This document shows positions 1 through 7,945 of a stretch of DNA of 9,532 bases, in pieces. Each line of letters begins with the position of its first letter. The stretch's first letter is position 1. Origin of the DNA: Octopus sinensis (taxonomy: Eukaryota); NCBI RefSeq assembly GCF_006345805.1, contig NW_021827926.1:1-9532 (forward strand). The letters are read 5' to 3'. A program made the position numbers and the translations under genes. Below the pieces are notes generated by a model. The model was not told the origin of the DNA, ran no database searches, and saw only the letters and a program-made list of their open reading frames with translations.

Positions 1-390
1 CCCTAAACACATTCTATTAATGCTTTTGGTGTATGGAAAAACAGTGGGAGGGTATCTTCTGACACATTGGTTGACATTGACTAATAAATGACCAGTGGTT
101 AATATCGCAAGTATGCAAATTACGTTATCCACTAATGTGCTAGACTAATTTACAACTAATGTATTTAGTGGGTGTGTTCACGGTCGCATTTATTACTTTG
201 ACATTCATAGAAATGGAACGAGAAAATTATGAAGTTTCGGAGATTTGTTCATCTTCGGAATATGAGAATAGAGTGGTAAAAGAAGAGAAAACAAAAGCAG
301 GAAAAATCCCCAAATAAATGAAACAAAGAAACAATCCAGGCAAAAATGGGTTTGTAGCTAGCCATCTATCTGTACAACCATGTCTCCGTG

Positions 391-447
391 TCTGCCTATC
401 TCTCTGTCTCTGTCTGTCTGTCTGTCTCTTTTTTTCCCTGTCTCTGT
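391..447. repeat. (CT/CTGT)n pyrimidine-rich microsatellite
   Basis: tctctgtctctgtctgtctgtctgtctc... read directly. Confidence 0.75.
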
Positions 448-671
448 TCTTGTCGTATACATTCGTTAGATATTTCCAGAAGCTTTCTGCTCTGGCGCTG
501 CCAAGATGGAGTGGTATCAATGTTAAAAGCGCGAAACTACTAGGATGTCTTAGATATTGAATGATGAGGAATCAGCTGAGATTCCGTGTATTCTGGTTTT
601 TTCTAGATTTCTGTTTGTTAAGTTTTGGTCAAATTTTTCCACTTGTGTTTCATTAAAACCGATATATATAT

Positions 672-1012
672 AAGAATTTTTGCTAATAGATATAAAAAAC
701 ACCGTATAGGGGTAGAGAGCATTTAAGGATAGAGGGTCTTACAGCTGTTTCTAGGATATTAATTAATAATATCCCTTCATCGGAGACGGTGTGAGAGGAA
801 AAATTAAGTCATAGTTTCGATGTGATACAAATAGAGAGTGAAGTGGAGGAAAGAAAATAGATGTAAGATATGTATGGGTATTGAGTTCGTAAATCCGTTT
901 TATAGGCATAATGGTATATATGTGTAATATTCCAATATCCTTTGAGTAAAATCCAAAAGTCCAACAGAGTTTAATATGGGTCTCAATGACACCATTATCT
1001 CTTGTAACCTCA

Positions 1013-1014
<2 letters not shown>
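672..1014 (-). mobile_element. Probable Penelope-like element terminal (pLTR-type) fragment carrying a hammerhead motif
   Basis: Non-coding segment bounded by (TA)n runs that contains the hammerhead at 736-787. Minimal type I hammerheads with a palindromic stem III are typical of Penelope-like terminal repeats. Boundaries are approximate and no RT/GIY-YIG ORF is seen. Confidence 0.4.
736..787 (-). ncRNA. Minimal type I hammerhead ribozyme (U4C core variant)
   Basis: The minus strand reads GTCT-CCGATGA-a-GGGATATTA-ttaat-TAATATCCT-a-GAAA-CAGCTG-TA-AGAC. Stem I is GTCT/AGAC, the core is C(C)GAUGA, stem II has 9 bp, followed by GAAA, palindromic stem III ACAGCTGT and a GUA triplet. Cleavage is predicted between 740 and 739. 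Confidence 0.75.

Positions 1015-1046
<32 letters not shown>
1015..1046. repeat. (TA)n microsatellite
   Basis: Perfect TA run. Confidence 0.95.
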
Positions 1047-1047
<1 letters not shown>

Positions 1048-1230
1048 TTTATATAATTAGGGTTCAGCAAAAAATTTACTTAACCACACACCGAACTTTT
1101 AGAAATACCAGCCAAAGAATTTAGGTATTTCCCCTACTATTAGAAGAGTCTCCCAGACAATGTATACTCAAAAACAATTCACGTAGGCATAGAGGGAAAA
1201 ATAACGAAAGATCACTCGAAAATCGATTAC

Positions 1231-1312
1231 TTGAGAACGCGTTTCTGGGTTAGTTAGATAGATATAGAGATGCTAGAAATACATCCCTATTCCAACATTC
1301 CTCATCTCACAA
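1231..1312 (-). ncRNA. Degenerate hammerhead-like motif with long stem II
   Basis: Minus strand: TGAG-ATGA-gg...GTTGGA-ATAGGGATG...CATCTCTAT..TCTAAC..ccc-a-GAAA-CGCG-TT-CTCA. It has a palindromic stem III (ACGCGT) and stem I TGAG/CTCA, but the CUGAUGA core is damaged. Confidence 0.35.
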
Positions 1313-1325
1313 CCAAGATTTCGTT

Positions 1326-1329
<4 letters not shown>

Positions 1330-1372
<43 letters not shown>
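1330..1372. repeat. (TA)n microsatellite
   Basis: Perfect TA run. Confidence 0.95.
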
Positions 1373-1377
<5 letters not shown>

Positions 1378-1788
1378 CCCCGGATACTTGAGTGCAGTTG
1401 TGTTCCGCCTTGCTACAAAAGTTTGCACAATGTCACGCACGTGCGCGCACTCAGATTAGGGTAAAGTGCTTTTAAGGAACCAAATATCTGGATATTTGTT
1501 TCCAAGAAAGAAGAGCGAAGGCTTTTGGGGCAATTAAAGAATCGATTGAGCTAAGGGGAAATAATTCAACTAGAACCATGCCATAAATTTTAATACGTTC
1601 AGAAGAGAGGCACTCAACGAGGTACGCAAAACAAACAAATAAGGAAGAAACAAAAAAATTCTCAATTAATTGAAACTTGCCTGGTATGTCAAAAGGTGTT
1701 GTTAATGTGTAAAACATATGGCGGAGGTTATTAGAGAGAGAGGGGAGGGCATGAGAAGGGGAACCAGAAAATATAGTAGGGCTGTATT

Positions 1789-2251
1789 TATGTATGTGTG
1801 TGTGTGTGTGTGAGAGAGTGTGCTTGTGTGTGTGTGTGCGTGCGTGTATACACATACATACGCATACACACATATATACAGAAAACAAACCCTACCCACA
1901 CAAGCGCATACACATATATAAGTATAAATATATATGCATATACAAACTCATACGCGTATGTATATATACATTTCTATATATATATATATATATGCACATT
2001 ATTTATAAATACACATGCACACATATAACATACATACATACTATTAATATAAATATATATATATATAATAAAATATATATATATATAAATATATACATGT
2101 GTGGGGGGGGTTTGCTTTTTGAATATATATGTATGTGTGTGTGTGTGTATGTATGTGTATATAAGCACACACACATACACATAAATTTCCTCTATTTACA
2201 TAATATTGAGGTCTCTTTCTTTTTTGTTATCTTACCGTTTTTATCAATATA

Positions 2252-2283
<32 letters not shown>
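1789..2283. repeat. Compound low-complexity (TG)n/(CA)n/(TA)n region
   Basis: Interleaved TG, CA and TA runs, ending in a (TA)n tract at ~2254-2283. Confidence 0.85.
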
Positions 2284-2284
<1 letters not shown>

Positions 2285-2792
2285 TAGCAGTATCGCCCGG
2301 CGTTGCTCGGTTGTAAGGGAAATAACTATATAAGCACTTAGAGAGTTACTTCCCTTATAGATGCCAATTCGGGCTTTCTTAGACATTTCTGTTTTGGTGT
2401 CTTCAAGCCATGAAGTCGTTGTTCTAAAAGAACGCTGGTCTCCTTGACAACGCTTTACGACGTTGATTTCCTTACACTCCCTCCCCACAGCTTCACGAGG
2501 GAGGGAAGAAGGGGGAGAAGCAAACAGGTGCAGGTGTGACCATGGACGCTAACTCCGCCGCCATTGACACACGAAAAATTATGCATTAAAATGGAATAAA
2601 AAATGATGTTAAATTATTTTTAAAATCGTAGACTCATCGTAGACGCGCGCTAATACGCAGACGGGCTCGATATGAATCACGACTATAAGATACCGGAATT
2701 TGGTTAAACTGCACCGCAAAATGTGGGAGTAGTTAGGAATCTAAATCGAAGGGGACAGACACTCACACAACTACAGTTTTTTTATATAAAGA
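2284..2792 (-). mobile_element. Non-autonomous Helitron (509 bp)
   Basis: The minus strand starts A|TCTTTATATAAAAAAACTGTAG (TC at 2792-2791) and ends ...CCGAGCAACGCCGGGCGATACTGCTAG|T. This gives a 5' TC, a subterminal GC hairpin (2295-2310), a 3' CTAG, insertion between A and T, and no TSD, which are the canonical Helitron hallmarks. Confidence 0.85.
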
Positions 2793-2817
2793 TAAAATAG
2801 AAATATTAATGTTTCTA

Positions 2818-3011
2818 AGTCTCTCTAAAGGAGACTACGGCAGCGGTACTGGATATTAATAGTTATCGCCAAGCTAATATGGCAGTCCAGAAATATAGGA
2901 CGAAAGCTGCCGTTGAGTAGCTCCAAGAGGCCATCGCCTCGAGCTAGTTATATGACACACAAACCTGTGTTCATTATAACCTTCGAACAGGGGAGGTCAG
3001 CCGCTTCCCCT
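2818..3011. other. GC-richer multi-hairpin structured element, class unknown
   Basis: Consecutive stems: AGTCTC/GAGACT (2818-2836); ACGGCAGC/GCTGCCGT (2837-2913) enclosing GTCC/GGAC-GAAA; TAGCTC..GAGGC/GCCTC-GAGCTA (2918-2946); GTTATA..ACACA/TGTGT..TATAAC (2947-2980); AGGGGAGG/CTTCCCCT (2989-3011). Confidence 0.45.
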
Positions 3012-3022
3012 TGCTGGTCCAT

Positions 3023-3060
3023 ACACACACACCACACACACACAACACACACACACACAC
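3023..3060. repeat. (CA)n microsatellite, interrupted
   Basis: acacacacaccacacacacacaacacac... Confidence 0.9.
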
Positions 3061-3267
3061 ATATCTATTTATATGAACATTTATATCGTCAGTTGATCAA
3101 ATATCCGAAAAAGAAGCACTCTCTCCAGAAGAGAGCAGCAATGTATTTACAGGAAGTAATATACATGTCCGGTCATAGAGTGACCAATGGCTTCGCATTC
3201 ATAAAGCGCTAGGAGTTCTAGACGGCACGTGAGACTCAGTGGCCATTGAATATGCATATATGAACGA

Positions 3268-3425
3268 GTATGTGGGTATATATGTTTGTATATATGTATG
3301 TATATATATATATATACATATATATATATACACATATATATATACATATATACACACATATATATATATGTGATACATATACATATATACATATATATAT
3401 ATATGTGTGTGTGTATATATATATT

Positions 3426-3456
<31 letters not shown>

Positions 3457-3489
3457 ATGTATGTATGTATATATATATACATATATATA
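3268..3489. repeat. Compound (TA)/(CA)/(TG) low-complexity tract
   Basis: Alternating purine-pyrimidine runs read directly. Confidence 0.9.
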
Positions 3490-3572
3490 AATTAACGGAA
3501 GAGGAAAACAAAATCAAGCCAATTAAATTATTTTAATGGTGAATCGAGGTGAGCAAAAGTAAAAAAAATAGT

Positions 3573-3601
3573 GTCTTACACCTGTTTCTGGAATATCCCA
3601 G
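3573..3601 (-). other. 3' half of a hammerhead motif (same family as 736-787)
   Basis: gtcttacacctgtttc (3573-3588) matches gtcttacagctgtttc (736-751) at 15/16. The minus strand reads GGGATATTCC-A-GAAA-CAGGTG-TA-AGAC, and the 5' core is lost near the adjacent (TA)n. Confidence 0.55.
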
Positions 3602-3615
3602 GTAATGGATCAATG

Positions 3616-3678
<63 letters not shown>

Positions 3679-3697
3679 TGTGTGTGTGTGTGTGTGT
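3616..3697. repeat. (TA)n(TG)n compound microsatellite
   Basis: Read directly. Confidence 0.95.
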
Positions 3698-4274
3698 AGC
3701 AAGATAGAGAAACAGGCAGCCGACACCGATGGATTGGAAGACAGACGGCGACAGGTAGCGTTGTATAATGAAAGTCTTATATCCGGCAATGAATATTTAA
3801 CCAGGTAACGAACACAGATTGTAATTATGATTCATGTATTTATTCATTAATTATGTGGTTCATGATTACCAAATTCTTTAGTCACACTCCCCTGAACTCT
3901 CCTTTCATCTTTGCCGCATCAATCTATAATGGATTTGCCCAGGTGTGTATATGTGTATGCGTGTTTGTGTGTGTATAGGTGCGTATGTGTTTGTATGTAT
4001 GGTGTGTGTGTGTGTGTGTTTTTTTTTTTTAATGTACACATACAGGTAGATTGTTTATTATACACACAGTTAAACATATATACTCGTGCACATACGTCGG
4101 TAAGTATGAATGAATGTATGCATATTCATACACAAACATATTGCTTACACATATACATTGATGTATACATACGTCTAGTTATCTATGTATTTCTATAAAT
4201 ATAAATGTATATGTATGCATATATAATATACACATGTATACATATACATACCTATAATGTATGCGTGTGCATTC

Positions 4275-4409
4275 ATACATACATACAATATACATACATA
4301 CATACATACATACATACATACATACATACCTACATACATACACACAAACATACATACATACATACATACACACATGCATACATACATACAGTATACATAC
4401 ATACATGCA

Positions 4410-4443
<34 letters not shown>

Positions 4444-4551
4444 CATACATGCATACATACATACATACATACGTACACACAAACATACATACATACATAC
4501 ATACATACATACATACAATATACATACATATATACATACAATATACATACA
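4275..4551 (+). repeat. (CATA)n tetranucleotide array with variant units
   Basis: catacatacatac... with interruptions such as cacacaaa, caata and catgca. Confidence 0.95.
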
Positions 4552-4599
4552 TCTCTCTTCCTATCCCTCGCTCTCATTCTATATATATATATATATGTC

Positions 4600-4922
4600 T
4601 ATGTATGTATGTATGTATGTATGTATGCATGTATGTATGTATGTATGTATGTATGTGTGTATGTGTGTATGTATGTATGTATGCATGAATGTATGTATGT
4701 ATGTATGTATGTATGAATGTATGTATGTATGTATGTATGTATGTATGTATGTATGTATGTATGAATGTATGTATGTATGTATGTATGTATGTATGTATGA
4801 ATGTATGTATGTATGTATGTATGTATGTATGCATGTGTGTATGTATGTATGTATGCATGTATGTATGTATGTATGTATGTATGTATGTATGTATGTATGT
4901 ATGTATGTATGTATGTATGTAT
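4600..4922 (+). repeat. (TATG)n tetranucleotide array (reverse complement of the preceding array)
   Basis: tatgtatgtatg... with gaat and gcat variant units. Confidence 0.95.
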
Positions 4923-4959
4923 AGAGTATTTGAAGTGATGTGCAGATATTGTATATTAA

Positions 4960-5064
4960 GAAGGAGGCAGTCAGAATTTTGGATAATACTATATTAGCGC
5001 TTTCGTTCATCCAACCGAATGAAAGCGTTAATGAAGAATTATCCAAATTCTGACTGCCTACTTC
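4960..5064. repeat. ~48-bp-arm imperfect inverted repeat / long hairpin
   Basis: Left arm 4960-5008 GAAGGAGGCAGTCAGAATTTTGGATAATACTATATTAGCGCTTTCGTTC, loop 5009-5016 ATCCAACC, right arm 5017-5064 GAATGAAAGCGTTAATGAAGAATTATCCAAATTCTGACTGCCTACTTC. Confidence 0.9.

Positions 5065-5068
<4 letters not shown>

Positions 5069-5159
<91 letters not shown>
5069..5159. repeat. (TA)n(GA)n compound microsatellite
   Basis: Read directly. Confidence 0.95.
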
Positions 5160-5161
<2 letters not shown>

Positions 5162-5694
5162 GATAAAACTTACTCGTAAGTGGATGCGTGGCGTTCGATC
5201 ATATAATAACAAATTAATAAATAAAATATATGTATATATACATGCATATATGTACATACCTACATCTATATGTATATATACAAGCATATATGGGTACAGG
5301 ACATAAAAACAAAACGTTGAACACAATGAGAAACGAAAACATAAAAACAAAAACATAGAAAACGAACTTTTTTTTCAAACAAAGAAAAAACAGAGTACAA
5401 GACATACAACACAAGGAATATTCCCCTTCTTCAGTTGTCCCTGTTTCGTCTACTCCATGTTTCGAATGTAGGGGCAAGACACGACTCCGTTGAAACAATC
5501 CTTTCCGCAAAGCAAATTAAATAAAATTTGGGATTATTTGCGGAGGGGTGAAAATGGTGACAAGAACAGGACAGTGAGAACAAAACAAGACAGTAAAAGC
5601 AATACAAATAAAAACAGTAAAAGACAGAACAAAGAGAATAACATAGTAAAAACAAACGATGAGGGCTGTTAAGCCGAGACGATGGAAAAATTAT

Positions 5695-5725
5695 TGTGTG
5701 TGTGTGTGTGTGTGTGTGCGCGCGC
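5695..5725. repeat. (TG)n(CG)n microsatellite
   Basis: tgtgtg...gtgcgcgcgc. Confidence 0.9.
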
Positions 5726-5825
5726 ATTCGTGTATGTGTCCATATATTCATAATTGTTAAAGAGGACAACAAACGTTAAGGCAAGGCAAACATCTCAAGT
5801 CATAAACATTATTATTGGAAAAAAA

Positions 5826-5866
5826 TTACAGCTGTTTCTGGGATATCCCAGAGTGTGGGATACTCC
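5826..5866 (-). other. Hammerhead remnant (stem II + GAAA + palindromic stem III)
   Basis: Minus strand: GGAGTATCCCA-cactc-TGGGATATCCC-A-GAAA-CAGCTG-TA. The stretch 5826-5851 matches 3576-3601 at 24/26. The CUGANGA core is absent. Confidence 0.55.
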
Positions 5867-6253
5867 GCCATGTTACCAAATGGTTTAGGCATGGTAGATA
5901 CTGGATCTTGTTCAACAAGAAACTACATAACTCCACCTAGGAGTCTGCGTATTGAATACAAAAGGAACGCAGAAAACGTGAACTCTATCTTATGTCTTAT
6001 ATAATGTACGCGTGTTTCAGAATGCCGGCTCTCGATATTGACTTTTGCCATTACGAGCTTACACAACACTATACAATTTGCTCGCATCGTTAGTATTAAT
6101 GGCGTTAATGCACATGTACACATAAATACAAAAATACCTTGGTGATGATATCGAACTTTCAAAGGAGCCTTGGTTCTAGGTTAGAAACCGGCTCATTCTC
6201 TATTAGCAAGAAATCTTGAAATGAAACAGAATAATGGCATTCATACAGATGTA

Positions 6254-6890
6254 CGAAGGGATGCGGCAAAATTCCTGGGTTTGTTCTTTTATATTCTTTT
6301 ACTTGTTTCAGTCATTTGACTGCGGCCATGCTGGAGCACCGCCTTCAGTCGAGCAAATCGACCCCAGAACTTATTCTTTGTAAGCCTAGTACTTATTTTG
6401 TCGTTCTCTTTTGCCGAACCGCTAAGTGACGGGGACATAAACACACCAGCACCGGTTGTCAAGCGATGTTGGGAGGACAAACACGAACACATAAACATAT
6501 ACACACATATACATATATATATACATATATACGACGGGCTTCTTTCAGTTTCCGTTTACCAAATCCACTCACAAGGCTTTGGTCGGGCCGAGGCTATAGT
6601 AGAAGACACTTGCCCAAGGTGCCACGCAGTGGGACTGAACCCGGAACCATGTGGTTGGTAAGCAAGCTACTTACCACACAGCCACTCCTACGCCTATAGG
6701 GTTTGTGTAAAAGAAAATACAGTAGGATCAGCTAATGAAGATTTTATACAATTTATTTCCCTCCTCAGATTTATACACTTATTGCAGAAATCCTTCAGTT
6801 TTTCTAAGCCCTGTAGAAGAACTCGCAAAGTTGGGCTTCTAACCAAGCCTTTGGCAATTTTAAAGGCAGGAACTTTTCAGCACCCCATCA
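6254..6890. mobile_element. Degenerate Tc1/mariner-like MITE (~215 bp once the nested SINE is removed)
   Basis: TA flanks at 6252-6253 and 6891-6892. The left end CGAAGGGATGCGGCAAAATTCCTGGGTTT matches the reverse complement of the right end, TGATGGGGTGCTGAAAAGTTCCTGCCTTT, at 21/29. TA-CGAGGG-type termini are typical of mariner-family elements. Confidence 0.65.
6285..6698 (-). mobile_element. Full-length tRNA-derived SINE with CORE-like segment and internal microsatellite
   Basis: Minus strand head AGGCGTAGGAGTGGCTGTGTGGTAAG (A box 6674-6684), B box GGTTCAGTCCC (6631-6641), CORE-like GCACCTTGGGCAAGTGTCTTCT (6601-6622), internal (TA/TG)n, and tail ...CCAGCATGGCCGCAGTCAAATGACTGAAACAAGTAAAAGA. 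TSD GGGTTTGT lies at 6277-6284 and 6699-6706. Confidence 0.9.
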
Positions 6891-7555
6891 TACATAAATA
6901 CAAGTAGAATCGAAGCCATAAACAATAAGATTTTTTTTTCCCACAATAGAAGGAAAAGACAAAAAAGAAGCATATATTTTTCTCTTTTTTATTGCTTTTA
7001 GTTTTATTGAGGAGAGAAAAAAATCGCTGAAGACAGACTGTTGCTGTAGTTATTGTTTAGCTGAAGGCCTTCCGATATACACGAGACCTAGGATCTCATA
7101 CGCCTCAGACATGACAATACGGCTTCTTTATTGTTGATTTCCAGCCATTGTACGCATGTATATATGTCACCAGGTACTATTCACAGATTCAGAGAATGGT
7201 GCTCCTGTTTATCACTATAACACTGTGTAACAAAATTTGTATTTTTAAAATTATTTTTTGTCTTTGGTTAGTGTTATTTCCTGTGTGTTTCTATCTAGAA
7301 ATCAAAAGAGATCACTACCATTCCCTTCAAACTTTGCTTTTCTGACCTGGACATCAATGTTTTCAAACTATTTTCCATTACATTTCACACAGATTCAACG
7401 CTGAGTTGCTGAAGCAGAAATATCGTTACAGCAAATATTCTGTTCAATATAACAGATTTGTTTGTCAGTTGCTTGACCTTAACCAGTTGAGCATGTTCCT
7501 TAATGGCTGACAATATGTGCAACTCTGATCATGGGCAGTAAGAGAACATCATAGC

Positions 7556-7598
7556 CCGCGAGTCCGCTGCCCTAACCACTGGGCCATTGCGTTTCCAC
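7556..7598 (-). mobile_element. Truncated tRNA-derived SINE head (different family)
   Basis: The minus strand GTGGAAACGCAATGGCCCAGTGGTTAGGGCAGCGGACTCGCGG is the 5' half of a tRNA-like sequence with A box TGGCCCAGTGG (7576-7586). The B box and T arm are missing. Confidence 0.7.
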
Positions 7599-7600
7599 AA

Positions 7601-7641
7601 ATATATATATATATAGATATTATATTATATTATATATATAT

Positions 7642-7677
<36 letters not shown>

Positions 7678-7789
7678 ATAGTATATATATAATATATATA
7701 ATACACGTATATATAGATATATATATATATTTATATATATATATATACACAACATACATACACACATACATACATACACACATACATAT
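7601..7789. repeat. (TA)-rich low-complexity tract grading into (CATA)n
   Basis: Read directly. Confidence 0.9.
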
Positions 7790-7945
7790 CAGACGAATCC
7801 AAGAATCTTTGAAAAACTGAGGTGGCCTGTGTAGTCCTTGATTTATTGCACATTTTACAATATTGAACAATAGCGTAGTATGCTTCAAGTTTCTCACGGG
7901 ACAAAATCGCGCAGTTTATTGGGAATCTGTTGGCGAGAATGACAC

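Noticed and set aside
113-120. Octamer motif ATGCAAAT
   Set aside because: A single 8-mer in AT-rich DNA with no snRNA gene or promoter context.
225-262. Minus-strand CCGAAGA...CCGAAACTTCATA hammerhead-like words
   Set aside because: Stems I, II and III do not pair convincingly; at best a heavily decayed relic.
3698-3810. Possible small exon (KIEKQAADTDGLEDRRRQ) with CAG|GTAG or CAG|GTAA donors
   Set aside because: No polypyrimidine tract or credible acceptor (it is preceded by (TG)n) and no recognisable domain; this cannot be supported without RNA-seq.
1472-5356. Many ORFs rich in Y/I/H/T/M/V/C (e.g. 4205-4924, 239 aa)
   Set aside because: These are translations of (TA)n, (CA)n and (CATA)n microsatellites that lack stops by composition, with no protein-like content.
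5906-5973. Short inverted repeats TCTTGTT-C-AACAAGA and TCTGCGT...ACGCAGA
   Set aside because: 7-bp stems are expected by chance in 9.5 kb and there is no associated motif.
6162-6250. Possible LINE/SINE 3' tail ending in ...AATAATGGCATTCATAC
   Set aside because: It resembles a retroelement tail from memory only, with no second copy, TSD or ORF in the window to support it.
7556-7598. tRNA gene
   Set aside because: Only the 5' half is present, with no T arm or acceptor 3' strand. This and the other tRNA-like heads are SINE-derived.
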